In this document: piece by piece, positions 17,889 to 29,085 of the stretch
How positions within the stretch are numbered: position 1 is the stretch's first letter
Layout of the letters: each line of letters opens with the position of its first letter
Source of the DNA: an uncultured Bacteroidales bacterium
Lineage (GTDB): Bacteria > Bacteroidota > Bacteroidia > Bacteroidales > VadinHA17
DNA length: 64,000 nucleotides
Assembly (NCBI GenBank): GCA_963823065.1
Contig: CAWGJX010000004.1
Span: 1,088,139-1,152,138 of the forward strand
Direction: 5' to 3'
The notes under the pieces: model-generated
Told to the model about the DNA's origin: nothing
Seen by the model: only the letters and a program-made list of their open reading frames with translations
Database searches by the model: none
Translations under genes and position numbers: made by a program

Positions 17889-19102
17889 ATGATATCTTCA
17901 TTTGCATGGCGAAATTTGTGGCGTAATAAACTCAGAAGCTCAATAATAATTGCTGCAGTGACACTTGGAATTTTTGCAGGAATTTTCCTGACCGCATTTA
18001 CCAGCGGGATGATCAATTCCCGGATTCAATCTATTATAAGTACTGAGATGTCTCATATCCAGATTCATCAACCAGGTTTTCTTGATAATGATCAGTTTTC
18101 ACTTCTGATACAGAATGCTGATAGTATCGTCAGAATTGTAAGGAAAACACCAGGTGTAGTTGCAGCAAGTAAAAGAATAATTATAAATTCAATGGTAGCC
18201 TCTGCTGAGACAGGGACAGGAGTTAAAATTATTGGTATTGACCCTGTAAATGAAAGGAAAGTAACAGATCTGAGTTCAAAAATAATTTCAGGAAAATATA
18301 TCGACTCAACTGAAAGGAATCCTGTTGTAATTAGTGAAAGCCTTGCTCAGAAATTAAAAGTCGGATTAAAAAATAAAATTATTATTACTGTTCAGGATAT
18401 AAATAAAAACATTACAGGCGGCGCTTTTCGCGTTGTAGGAATTTACAGAACTGATAATATGATGTTTGATGAATCAAATATTTTTGTAAGAGGTACAGAT
18501 TTGAGTCGATTAACAGGTCTTAACGGAAATGAAGCACATGAAATTGCAATCCGGCTTAATACGAATGAAACAGATGATGTAACGAAAACATTATCAGGTG
18601 AGTTCCCGAACCTCGAAGTAAAAGCTGGCAGCAACTCAGTCCGGAAGCAGGTTATCTGGTAAGCGCAATGAATCAGTATATGTTTATATTTATAATAGTT
18701 ATACTTATTGCTTTATGTTTTGGAATTATAAACACAATGCTGATGGTTATTATGGAACGAATTCACGAGCTGGGAATGCTCATGGCAATTGGGATGAACA
18801 GATTGAGGGTATTTACCATGATAATGCTTGAAACAGTTTTTCTTTCCCTTACAGGAGGTCTTACCGGTTTAATTTTAGGTTATGTTGCGATAAGATATTT
18901 TGAGAAAGCAGGTATTGATCTTTACTTCTGGAAAGAAGCATTTGCTGAAATAGGTTATTCATCTCTAATTTACCCTGTTACGGATACTAAAACTATGGTA
19001 TTCACAACCATCATGGTCATAATTGCAGGAGTGATTTCTGCTTTATACCCTGCATATAAGGCATTAAAGTTAAATCCCGCTGAAGCAATCAGGACTCAGT
19101 AA
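17889..19102 (+). pseudogene. ABC transporter permease, FtsX/MacB-type (copy 2), split by one frameshift near 18620
   Basis: ORFs 17889..18662 and 18668..19102 are in different frames. Restoring one A in the run gtaaaagc gives NLEVKSWQQLSPEAGYLVSAMNQY. The N-terminus is FAWRNLWRNKLRS. Confidence 0.8.
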
Positions 19103-19123
19103 AAAAATCTTAAAAATCAAAAT

Positions 19124-19809
19124 ATGAGCATCATTGAAATTAAAGACCTGCATAAAGTATATGATGAGAAATCATTACCTGTACATGCAGTGAATGGAAT
19201 AAATCTTACAATAGAGGCAGGGTGAGTTTACTGCCATAGTCGGACCATCAGGGTCAGGAAAAACTACCTTGCTCAATATTGTTGGTGGACTGGATGATCC
19301 GACCAGAGGAGATGTAATTATTGATGGTATAAAAATTAATGAACTTTCGAGTCGTCAGAAAACTGATTTCAGAATGAGAAATATTGGGTTTGTTTTTCAG
19401 GCGTATAATCTGATACCGGTTTTCACTGCTGAGGAAAATGTAGAGTTTATAATGCATCTGCAGGGAAAACCGAAAAGAGGAAAGGGAAAGCCGGACGAGT
19501 GAACTGCTTGAAGCAGTAGGTTTAGGTGACAGGAAGAACAGTCGTCCAAATAAACTATCCGGTGGCCAGCAACAACGGGTAGCAGTAGCAAGAGCATTGG
19601 CTTCAAAACCCAAATTTATTCTGGCAGATGAACCTACTGCGAACCTTGATTCCAAATCAACTGAAAATCTTCTTGAAATAATGGAGAAACTGAACAGAGA
19701 GGAAAATATTACATTCATTTTTTCAACCCATGATCAAAGGGTTGTGAATAAAGCAAAACGGGTAATTACTATTCAGGATGGCGCAGTTGTTTCGGATATC
19801 AGCAAGTAG
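19124..19809 (+). pseudogene. ABC transporter ATP-binding protein (LolD/MacB-like), spread over three frames
   Basis: ATG at 19124 gives MSIIEIKDLHKVY...EAG, then a stop. Walker [10 protein letters not shown] lies in the frame of ORF 19269..19502. [15 protein letters not shown] and ILADEPT lie in the frame of ORF 19597..19809. There are two +1-type shifts. Confidence 0.85.
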
Positions 19810-19813
19810 AATC

Positions 19814-20974
19814 ATGAAATTGGTTTTTCATTTTTACTTGATTATGCTTCCGGTTTCAGTAGCGGGTCAGGATACTATTCCGCGAAACTGGTCACTTAAT
19901 GGATATGTAACAAATATGCAATCTTTTATGTTTCAGAGTTTAGAATGGATGACTGGACCATTGATAATTTAATTCATAATCGTCTGAATTTCAAATGGAA
20001 CAATAATCAGGATAATTTTAAAGCTGTGTTAGAACTTAGAAACAGATTCATTATCGGCGAATCGGTTTCGAAGTTAATCCCGGATATGCAAAAATGATAG
20101 ATATCAGATAATGGTTTTGTAAAATTATCAGATAATCTTTCGAAAGGAAATTCTTATGTTCTCAATTCAAAAATTGACAGAGCATATATTGATTATACTA
20201 AAGATAAATTTCAACTTACAATAGGACGACAACGAATAAACTGGGGACAATGCTTTACCTGGAATCCTAATGATCTTTTCAATGCGTATTCTTTTTTTGA
20301 TTTTGATTATATTGAAAAGCCAGGCAGCGATGCATCCGGTTGCAATATTATACTAACAGCACATCAACTTTTGAATTTGCTGTTAAATCTGATAATAATC
20401 ATAAAGTTACTCTGCAGCTTCTATACCGTTTTAACAAATGGAATTATGATATTCAGTTTTTAGGTGGAATATTGAATGAGCAGGATTATGTTATTGGAAC
20501 AGGTTGGTCGGGAAATATCAAAGGAGCATCATTCAGAGGAGAGATCTCATATTTTCAGCCAAAACATAATTTTACTGATACTACAGGTATTCTGGTAGTT
20601 TCGTTAGGTACGGATTATACTTTTAAGAATTCTTTTATGCTTCAGTTCGAAGTGTTATACAATCAGAACAGAAGCTCAGGAATAAGTAATTTTGCTGATT
20701 TTTACAATGAGAGTTTATCGGCTAAAAATCTGTCGTTTACCAAATAACTTTCATGCTTCAGGGCAGTTATCCTATTACACCCCTTTTAAATGTTTCCCTG
20801 GCAGGGATGTACTTTCCAAAACTCAATGGCATATTTCTTGGTCCCTCATTTACTTATTCTATAACAAACAATATTGATTTTTCAATGATTACACAATCAT
20901 TTGCAGGGCAATTGGTGAAAGGGCAGACAGAACATTTTAATTTCGCGTTTTTACGGCTTAAACTGAATTTTTGA
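19814..20974 (+). pseudogene. outer-membrane beta-barrel protein associated with the ABC locus, heavily frame-disrupted
   Basis: Signal peptide MKLVFHFYLIMLPVSVAGQ at 19814. Collinear fragments include NDWTIDNLIHNRLNFKWNN, RINWGQCFTWNPNDLFN, ORF 20340..20747 and ORF 20753..20974, which ends in ...LRLKLNF. There are at least four frame changes plus adjacent TGA TAG at 20095-20100 in the local reading frame. Confidence 0.6.
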
Positions 20975-21672
20975 CTATCCCTCCTAGAGATTGTTTTAAT
21001 CCTGCGAATGAATTACCACATTTTCTAACATTAGGAAGTATTTTTCCGAACCTACAAATGATAATTACTACTGAAATAGCTCGCACAGGGTAATAAGCCT
21101 TGTGATAAATCGTAGCAAACCCGATGATCACAATTTCGCGTGCAACATCAAGCTCAACAAGTGCAATAGCTGAAAAGAAGATCAGAAGGATGACTTTTAT
21201 AAACCTGGCAATTAATGAAGCTCTTGGAATTTCTTCCTGTATAATGATTTCAGAATTGATTTTTGTGCCCAGAATGACAATAACCAGCCCAATCCGAAGA
21301 TTGAAGTCGGCAATGATGATTTTTGGCAGGTATAGAATTAATTTGCCCAACAAATCGGATAAAATATTCAGGTTCCATGCTATCAGGGCATTATCAAGAA
21401 AGAGTAAAAAGATTAACGTGAAACCAATATTCCCGATTAAATTATATAAACCATAACGAATATCTGCTTTGGCAAAATCTGCCTCCCAACGCGATCGCCT
21501 GAGAAAACGATCGATTCTTACCAGTATTGAAAGTTGCACCAGTATACTTTTTAACGATCCATCCGGCAACTAGTCCAATCAATACTAGAATGATTCCGGC
21601 AAGAAGACTTGGCAGGTATGCAACAATATTATCAGCGAGTCCTAAAAACTGATTTCCAACTTTTGTTTCCAT
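20958..21672 (-). pseudogene. membrane protein with conserved TM-helix repeats (MscS-N-terminal-like), frame-disrupted
   Basis: ORFs 21442..21672 (METKVGNQFLGLADNIVAYLPSLLAGIILVLIGLVAGWIV) and 20958..21569 are in different frames. The C-terminal sequence looks out of frame. Confidence 0.45.
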
Positions 21673-21684
21673 ATTTGTCCTCCA

Positions 21685-23937
21685 TTATTTTTTGTGAGTT
21701 TTAAATAGCGAGAAAAAGAAACCTTCTCTTTCCTCAAATTCTTTGAGCCAAAAAACAGGGCATTCAACCTGTTCGGTGATTTCCCGCACCAAAGATTTTG
21801 AAAAAAGCAGTTCAATAAAATCACCTGTTTTACCTCCCATTACCAGGAGGTCATTGTTTCTTGATAATTTTAAAATCCCCTTTACTATATCTGTGTCAAC
21901 AATAGTTACAACTTTTGCTGAAATTTTGTTTTCGAGTAATAGATTATTTATCTGTTCTGTTTTGTTATTTTTTTCCTGATCAGATGTTTTGGGACTGAAC
22001 ACTATCCCGAACCTGATTTCAGCGTTGAAAAAATCTTTCAATGCAGGAGCTATTTCAGCAGCTAACTGAGTATGAATATCCCCTCCGAAAGGAATTAGAA
22101 TGTTTTTTATTTTTTCAGGCTTAATTTCCCCGTTCAAAATGCCAACTTCATTTGTTGACTTTTGCAAAACAGAATCGATTACCGAATAGAAAAAACGTTC
22201 TAAGAAACTACGGCTTTTCTTTCGGTCCATCAATATAAAATTACAGTTTTCTTCTATAAATGTATCATAAATGCCTCTGGAGATCCGGTGAGATATTTTA
22301 ATGATGGCTTTCGACGGTATTGCCGATTCTTCTGCAAGATTCTGGGCTTTTTGTATTAACTCATTGGCTCTTTCCGTTAACTTAATATCGCTTTTAAGTT
22401 TCTCCCCTTCATTTAGCTCAATTACATAAAGAAAAATAAGGTTTGCTGCATACTTTTTAGCTATCGCCAGAGCAACATATGACAAACTTTCAATGATGCT
22501 TTCATCGGAAACATAAACAAGAATATTATATTCTTTCTTGGAAATCTGTTCGAGTGTACGTACTTTCCTTATATGTTCAATCTCTCTCTTTGATGCATAA
22601 AAGCGATACATAACCAGGCCAATGGCACTCCAGATAATTGTCACAATCCATGCTAATATACTGTATTTGAACATGTAAATAGCCAGAAAGAGCAGGAGAA
22701 GAATTCCAATAATAGTCAGATAAGGAAATAGTGGAGTAATATAACCCCGGTCGAGGTCTTTACGCTTTTTCCGGAGACTTATCATTGCAAGGTTAACCTG
22801 CAAAAACAATAAAAGGAACATAATATCAGCGGCACTTGCTACTGCTTCAATTGGCAGAGAGACAGCCATTAATACAATTATGAAAAGGGATATGAGTATG
22901 CTCCATTGAGGGGTGAAATTTTTTGGATTGACCTTACTGAAAAAAGACGGGAAATTACGGTCGCGTCCCATTGCAAAAGCTACCCGTGAAGAAGAATATA
23001 TCGTTGCATTAAGTGCCGATACGGTTGAGATCACTCCACCGATTAAAAGAAGGACACCTCCACCGACAAAAAAATTCCTTGCAACGTTAACAAGTGCAGT
23101 TTCTTTTTGCAATGCAAGATAATCCCATGGTTTCATATCACCTGACTGAACCGTCCCAATTGCCGTGATTGCCACTAAAATATAAATCGGGACTACTATT
23201 ATTAAGGAAAAGAAAACTGCTCTGGGAATATTCTTTTTGGGATTTTTTATCTCCTCCGAACTTTGGGCGATAACTTCAAACCCCTGGAAAGCAATAAATG
23301 TTAGCCCCATTGCTTTAAAAACTCCGCTGAAGCCGTTTGGAAGGAAGGGACTGAATGTTGTCCGCCAGTCTCCTTTGCGTAACATAAGCTCAAGTCCGAA
23401 GCTGATGAAAATAATAAGAATTATTATCTTGGCAATAGTAACAAGATTCCCGATTTTCCCTGTTTCTGAAGCACCCCTGAAATTAATGTATGCAAAAAGT
23501 ATGGCAACGGATGCGGCAAGAAGTTTTTGTGGTGATAAAAATCCCCAATTGGGCAATGTTATTGAAAACTCCGCTAACACATGCGTAAAGTAAGCCCCGA
23601 AGCCAAGAGCGTATAAGCTGCAGGCAACGGCATGTGCAAACCAGCTCATCCACCCCGACAAAAATCCGTTCCATTTAGGTAGTCCCTCTTTTACCCAGAG
23701 GTAGCCGCCTCCAGCATCATGGTAGCATGAACCAAGTTCTGCATACGACATGGCAGTAAGTAAAGCTATCATTGCATTTAGCGAGAATGTAAGTATCAAT
23801 CCGGGTCCGGCAACACCAGCAGCAATTCCGATAAGAACAAATATTCCTGCACCGATCATAGCACCTACACCGATAAGTGTAGCATCCATTAAACTCATCT
23901 CGCGTGCAAGCCGTACTTCAGAGTCAAACTTTTTCAT
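21685..23937 (-). CDS. APC-superfamily amino-acid permease fused to C-terminal universal-stress-protein (Usp) domains
   Basis: Intact 750-aa ORF. The N-terminal ~450 aa form a polytopic APC-type permease. The C-terminal ~290 aa show two Usp-like alpha/beta modules (NILVYVSDE..., NILIPFGGD...LLVMGG). Confidence 0.8.
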   Translation of the reverse strand: MKKFDSEVRLAREMSLMDATLIGVGAMIGAGIFVLIGIAAGVAGPGLILTFSLNAMIALLTAMSYAELGSCYHDAGGGYLWVKEGLPKWNGFLSGWMSWFAHAVACSLYALGFGAYFTHVLAEFSITLPNWGFLSPQKLLAASVAILFAYINFRGASETGKIGNLVTIAKIIILIIFISFGLELMLRKGDWRTTFSPFLPNGFSGVFKAMGLTFIAFQGFEVIAQSSEEIKNPKKNIPRAVFFSLIIVVPIYILVAITAIGTVQSGDMKPWDYLALQKETALVNVARNFFVGGGVLLLIGGVISTVSALNATIYSSSRVAFAMGRDRNFPSFFSKVNPKNFTPQWSILISLFIIVLMAVSLPIEAVASAADIMFLLLFLQVNLAMISLRKKRKDLDRGYITPLFPYLTIIGILLLLFLAIYMFKYSILAWIVTIIWSAIGLVMYRFYASKREIEHIRKVRTLEQISKKEYNILVYVSDESIIESLSYVALAIAKKYAANLIFLYVIELNEGEKLKSDIKLTERANELIQKAQNLAEESAIPSKAIIKISHRISRGIYDTFIEENCNFILMDRKKSRSFLERFFYSVIDSVLQKSTNEVGILNGEIKPEKIKNILIPFGGDIHTQLAAEIAPALKDFFNAEIRFGIVFSPKTSDQEKNNKTEQINNLLLENKISAKVVTIVDTDIVKGILKLSRNNDLLVMGGKTGDFIELLFSKSLVREITEQVECPVFWLKEFEEREGFFFSLFKTHKK

Positions 23938-24092
23938 ATCCCCGGATAAATTATTAAAAGATTACATAAAAAGGAGATATTTTCCTTTAAGGGTTTAACG
24001 TGTTATTGTCAAATGTAAAGTTTATTTTTGTATTACAATTCAGAAATGTAATGCAATAGCATGTCAGTTAATGATTCTGAAAAAGAAGCCGG

Positions 24093-24935
24093 ATGGAAGT
24101 AGTAGATAAAATACTGGAATTTGTAATCTTTAGGATAGGAAATCACGAATTAAGGGTTTATACATTATTAGTTGTTTTGCTAATATTTCTGGTTACCAGG
24201 CTAACCCTGTGGTTGATTTTAAAAGGAATATTGAGCAGAAGAAAATCTAAAAAGCTAAACAGGAGCAATTCATACTCTTTATATAAAATCATTAAATATA
24301 TTCTATGGGTGATCTCTATAAGTTTAATTTTGGAAACTGTAGGTATAAGGATCACAGTTCTGATTGCCGGATCTGCTGCACTGCTTGTAGGAATTGGGCT
24401 CGGTTTACAGCAAACTTTTAACGATTTCATTTCCGGTATTATATTGCTTATTGAAGGAACAACAAAAATTGGCGATGTTTTGGAAATTGATGGTGATGTA
24501 GTACTTATCCAGGATATTGGATTGAGAACTTCAAAAGGACTGAACAGGGACGATATCGTTGTAATAATTCCAAATTCTTTAATTACAACCAACAAGGTAA
24601 TTAACTGGAGCCATCAAACGAAAAGAACCCGATTCCGGATTAAAGTAGGGGTAGCCTACGGGACTGATGTTAAACTGGTTACAAGAATTCTTGAAGAAAG
24701 TGCGATGGAATATCCTGATATTTCAGATAAGAATTTAATAGAAGCACGCTTGTCAGATTTTGGCAATTCCTCCCTTGATTTTGAACTTCTCTTTTTCAGC
24801 GATAATGTTTTTAGAATTGAAAAGGTGAAAAGTGATATCAGAAAAATAATAAATCAGAAATTCACTGAAAATAGTATTGTTATACCATTTCCTCAAATGG
24901 ATGTCCATATTAAGTCTGAAGAATTAAATCAATAG
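24093..24935 (+). CDS. small-conductance mechanosensitive channel (MscS family)
   Basis: 280-aa ORF with three TM segments followed by TKIGDVLEIDGDVVLIQDIGLRTS...IPNSLITTNKVINWS. Confidence 0.88.
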   Translation: MEVVDKILEFVIFRIGNHELRVYTLLVVLLIFLVTRLTLWLILKGILSRRKSKKLNRSNSYSLYKIIKYILWVISISLILETVGIRITVLIAGSAALLVGIGLGLQQTFNDFISGIILLIEGTTKIGDVLEIDGDVVLIQDIGLRTSKGLNRDDIVVIIPNSLITTNKVINWSHQTKRTRFRIKVGVAYGTDVKLVTRILEESAMEYPDISDKNLIEARLSDFGNSSLDFELLFFSDNVFRIEKVKSDIRKIINQKFTENSIVIPFPQMDVHIKSEELNQ

Positions 24936-24947
24936 AGAACGATTATG

Positions 24948-26843
24948 TTATCCCAGCCTTTCTCTTGTATTCTCCAGAGCTGAATCAGTACCGAGTATAT
25001 TTATAATGTCACCAGTTTTTAGATAAGTCTCTCCATGAGGGATAAATAAGTTATTGCCACGTTTAACCATGATAAGAATTGCATCCTTGTGAAAGGCGAT
25101 TTCCCGTACATTATGTCCATCAAATTCGGGATTGATCACAGGTATCTCTTCAACACTGAAGTTTTCAAAAGTTTCAACAAGAGCATGGTAAGTGGTTGGT
25201 CTCACAATAAGGTTTTCAATTGTAGTAGCCATAACTCTCCTGACATCTATTGTCTCGACATCGAATCTTTTTAGCTGAATCTCAATAGTCCTTTCATTAG
25301 CCATCGATATTATCTTTTCATGGTTATACTCTTTTCGTAAGATCTCACAAATGCTGATATTTGAATCATCTGAGCCAGTATCTACAACAACATAGTTGGA
25401 ACTGGTTAATTTTATTCTCTTATAAGTAGAAGGATCAATACCGTCAGAAAATATAGCATTTATACCTTTGGAAACCAAATTGTTATATCTCTCTTTATCT
25501 TTTTCAACTATGACTGACGCTTTCCCATGAATATTTAATCTTCTGGCCAGTAAAACTCCCTTGCTGCTTCCGCCCACTATAATAGTTTTGTCAGCCGGTT
25601 GTTTTTCCTGCGGGTTTATTGAATTATAGAGTACAGGTCCGAGAAAACAGGTAGCGACAGCCATTATTATAAAACTTGCGTTGATTCCCGGAGATATAAC
25701 CCCAAGTTCAAGTCCGATTGCTGATGCTGCAATAATAAGACTCAAACGTGATGAGAGTAATAATCCAGCTGAAAATGCTTTCCTGGTGCCAAAATGCTTT
25801 TTGAAAAGAATGGAAGGAATTATTTTAATTGCAAACAAAATTATCAGAAGAGCAAAAAGAAAAGGAATAAGTGTAATTTGAAATTCCTTAAGTGCAGAAG
25901 GATCAAATTTTACACCAACCATTATAAAAAAAACAGGGATAAAGAATCCGTATCCCATACCGTCGAGTTTGACAAGTAATAAGGATCTTTCCTTATGAAG
26001 AAAAATGGAAAGCAGAACACCACTTAGAAAAGCTCCGAGTAATATCACTTCAGGACTTATTAACTGGCTGATTACAACAAAGATCAGTAACAACAGCATG
26101 GTTCCCCTTATGCTAAGCTGTGAAGCAGCGTGCGAAAGTTGAAAGGATATTTTCTTAAGAATCGATAACTTTCTGAAACGGTTCCCAAGTCTGTATAAAA
26201 GGTAAAAGAATACAAAAAGAAACAGGATGAAAGTGAGTTCTATTCTGAACCCGTTCTTTAAAATATAGGCTGTAAAAGTAAAAAGAATAATGCTGAATAT
26301 ATCAGCCACAGCAGCGGTAATGATCACCATCTGTCCGAACAATCCTGATGCTTCTCCTCTTGTTTTTATAACAGGCAGGATAATTCCAACCGAAGTAGTG
26401 ACCATAATAAGAGCTACATACCAGATATTTCTGATATCAACCATTTTTGATAAAATCATTGCTCCGGTATATGACAGGAGCAAGGTTGCACAAAAGTAAA
26501 CGATAGCTATTACAAGAGGATTCTTTACATATCTTGATAAATTTATGCGTTTGCGTGGAAAAGAACCACTTACCTGATCCATGTCTATTTCCAGACCACC
26601 GAAAAACATCAGAAAGATAAAACCTGTAAGACCAAGAAATTCAAGAATTTTAATACTTTCCGGACTGGCATGTGATAAAATAAACTTACCTGCAAAATAT
26701 CCAAAGACAATTTCAACTATTACTGAAGGCACTTTCTTAATCCTGAGTAATGATAATGCCATAGGAATCAACCATGCTAATCCCATTACGATCAATAAGG
26801 GGAAATAATCAAAATGCAATGAAATACTTAATAAAGTTCCCAT
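24948..26843 (-). CDS. Kef-type monovalent cation:proton antiporter (CPA2) with C-terminal RCK (TrkA-N/TrkA-C) domains
   Basis: Intact 631-aa ORF with a Na+/H+-exchanger-type membrane domain of about 400 aa. Rossmann motif IIVGGSSKGVLLARRL is followed by a TrkA-C-like tail. Confidence 0.85.
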   Translation of the reverse strand: MGTLLSISLHFDYFPLLIVMGLAWLIPMALSLLRIKKVPSVIVEIVFGYFAGKFILSHASPESIKILEFLGLTGFIFLMFFGGLEIDMDQVSGSFPRKRINLSRYVKNPLVIAIVYFCATLLLSYTGAMILSKMVDIRNIWYVALIMVTTSVGIILPVIKTRGEASGLFGQMVIITAAVADIFSIILFTFTAYILKNGFRIELTFILFLFVFFYLLYRLGNRFRKLSILKKISFQLSHAASQLSIRGTMLLLLIFVVISQLISPEVILLGAFLSGVLLSIFLHKERSLLLVKLDGMGYGFFIPVFFIMVGVKFDPSALKEFQITLIPFLFALLIILFAIKIIPSILFKKHFGTRKAFSAGLLLSSRLSLIIAASAIGLELGVISPGINASFIIMAVATCFLGPVLYNSINPQEKQPADKTIIVGGSSKGVLLARRLNIHGKASVIVEKDKERYNNLVSKGINAIFSDGIDPSTYKRIKLTSSNYVVVDTGSDDSNISICEILRKEYNHEKIISMANERTIEIQLKRFDVETIDVRRVMATTIENLIVRPTTYHALVETFENFSVEEIPVINPEFDGHNVREIAFHKDAILIMVKRGNNLFIPHGETYLKTGDIINILGTDSALENTRERLG

Positions 26844-27073
26844 AAAAGTGCACTGGAATTCGTTTATCTAAAATATAACAAATATTGTAACTCAATTGTT
26901 ATTTAATACAATATTTCATATAGATAAGATCATAAGGTATAATCCTGATTTTCCATTAAATTGTGTAAATTAGCGAAGAAGCGATAAATTCATCTGACGT
27001 CGATAACTTTGACAATATTGGTATATCATTTATATTGATGCATATGTGCAAAACGATTTAGTTAATTCTTATT

Positions 27074-28960
27074 ATGAAGAAAAGGAGCATAGCTATAATA
27101 AGTCTGGCAGCGGTTCTATTTGCCTGCAGACCAGTGTTTTCTCAAAATACTAGTCTTAAAATTAAAAATGACTCAATAAATGAGGTCGTTTTGGATCATT
27201 CAAATAAAGAACTGGATGAAATAGGCTTCCTGAGATTAGTAGATTCTCTAAAAAGAGGAGAATTACAGCTACAAATTAATTCATTAGACAAAAATGATAA
27301 TCTTAAGAAAGAAGGACTACAAAAGCAACTTCAGGCTTTAAGAGAAAAAGATGCAAAATCAGTTGCTTTCAAGAAAGCCAGGATTGACTCATTGAGAAAA
27401 GTCGTTAAGGGATACCCGGTTTTGGATGTTCATAAAGATACCTTGTTTGAAATTTACAGCAAAATCGGATCTTTCAAACCCCCGGAGCGCGCAGCCAGTA
27501 TTACAGCAAAAATCAGAAAGCTTTATGAAGATGATTTTCTGAAGATCGATTCTATTGTTCCTGTAATCTCAGAAAACACGATTGATATCGTTTACAGGGA
27601 TATGATAATAATGAGTGTCTCTGAATCGGATGCTATATGGAACAATAAATCCAAACCGGAGCTGGCCCGTGAAAATATAGAAAAAATCAAGGATTCAATT
27701 AAGATAGCAAAAAGCGAAAACAGGATATGGGTGTTGTTGATGCGGATAAGCCTTGTTATACTGGTAATTTCAGTTATATCGTTCCTGATATGGCTTATCA
27801 ATAAAGGCCATAAAAAGACGGAATCTATTATTTTATCCAGAAAAGACAAATGGTTCAGGAACTTAACCTATAAAGATTATACATTTATTACTGTTGAACA
27901 GGAGCTTAAGCTGATAAATCTATCGTTAAAACTGGTAAGATGGTTCTTCATCCTTTTACTTCTCTATCTGGTACTCCCTATTATTTTCAGCATTTTCCCA
28001 TTTACCCAGGGTTGGGCAAATGTACTTTTCAAACTGGTATGGTCGCCATTTAAAGGTGTCTTAATCAGTATCTGGAAATTTATTCCGAATCTTTTTAGCA
28101 TTCTGGTAATCTATTTTGTGTTCAGGTACAGCATCCGTTTTGTAAAATACATTTTTTCTGAAATCGAATCAGGAAGCCTGAAAATTTCAGGTTTCCATGA
28201 AGATTGGGCAATGACAACATTCGGTATCGTGAGGTTTCTTCTTTATGCATTTATGTTCGTACTTATTTTTCCATATCTTCCAGGGTCAGATTCGAATATT
28301 TTTAAGGGAGTTTCTGTGTTTATAGGTGTTATCTTTTCATTGGGTTCAACTTCCGCTATCTCCAATATGATTGCCGGTCTGGTAATAACTTATATGCGCC
28401 CATTCAAGATCGGTGACAGAATTAAGATTGGTGAAATAACAGGAGATGTCATGGAGAAAAATATGCTGGTAACACGTTTGCATACAATTAAGAACGAAGA
28501 AATTACAATCCCCAACTCATCGGTATTGTCAGGAAACACAATAAATTTTTCTACTAATTCAAAAAATGAAGGTCTTATTATTCATACAACAGTCACAATA
28601 GGGTATGATGCATCCTGGAAAGATATACATCAGGCCTTAATTGAAGCGGCAGTCAGAACAACATTGATACTGAAGGAACCGAAACCCTTTGTGCTGCAAA
28701 CAAGCCTTGACGATTTTTATGTTTCATATCAGATCAATGCCTTTACTAAAGATGCGAACAAACAAGCCATTATTTATTCTGAACTACATCAGAATATCCA
28801 GGACGTCTGTAACGAGAGAGGAATTGAGATAATGTCGCCTCACTACACCGCTTCACGGGATGGAAATATGACAACTATTCCTGTTAATTATCTTGAAAAG
28901 GATTATAAAGCACCTGTTTTTAATATTAAAGTAGATGCCCGGAATAAGGAGGGTCTATAG
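27074..28960 (+). CDS. large MscS-family mechanosensitive channel with an N-terminal coiled-coil periplasmic domain
   Basis: 628-aa ORF with a signal peptide, a coiled-coil region and multiple TM segments. The MscS core is FKIGDRIKIGEITGDVMEKNMLVTRLHT...IPNSSVLSGNTINFS. Confidence 0.88.
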   Translation: MKKRSIAIISLAAVLFACRPVFSQNTSLKIKNDSINEVVLDHSNKELDEIGFLRLVDSLKRGELQLQINSLDKNDNLKKEGLQKQLQALREKDAKSVAFKKARIDSLRKVVKGYPVLDVHKDTLFEIYSKIGSFKPPERAASITAKIRKLYEDDFLKIDSIVPVISENTIDIVYRDMIIMSVSESDAIWNNKSKPELARENIEKIKDSIKIAKSENRIWVLLMRISLVILVISVISFLIWLINKGHKKTESIILSRKDKWFRNLTYKDYTFITVEQELKLINLSLKLVRWFFILLLLYLVLPIIFSIFPFTQGWANVLFKLVWSPFKGVLISIWKFIPNLFSILVIYFVFRYSIRFVKYIFSEIESGSLKISGFHEDWAMTTFGIVRFLLYAFMFVLIFPYLPGSDSNIFKGVSVFIGVIFSLGSTSAISNMIAGLVITYMRPFKIGDRIKIGEITGDVMEKNMLVTRLHTIKNEEITIPNSSVLSGNTINFSTNSKNEGLIIHTTVTIGYDASWKDIHQALIEAAVRTTLILKEPKPFVLQTSLDDFYVSYQINAFTKDANKQAIIYSELHQNIQDVCNERGIEIMSPHYTASRDGNMTTIPVNYLEKDYKAPVFNIKVDARNKEGL

Positions 28961-29085
28961 TATGTCAGTTTAAATTTCCTCCTTCCATTCCGATTTTGGA
29001 GTAAGGGGATGCAATTGCGGTAAAAGGGCTATTTGCACCGAGATAAACTGTATTCTTTAACCAAAAGTTGGATCTGATACTAAAT

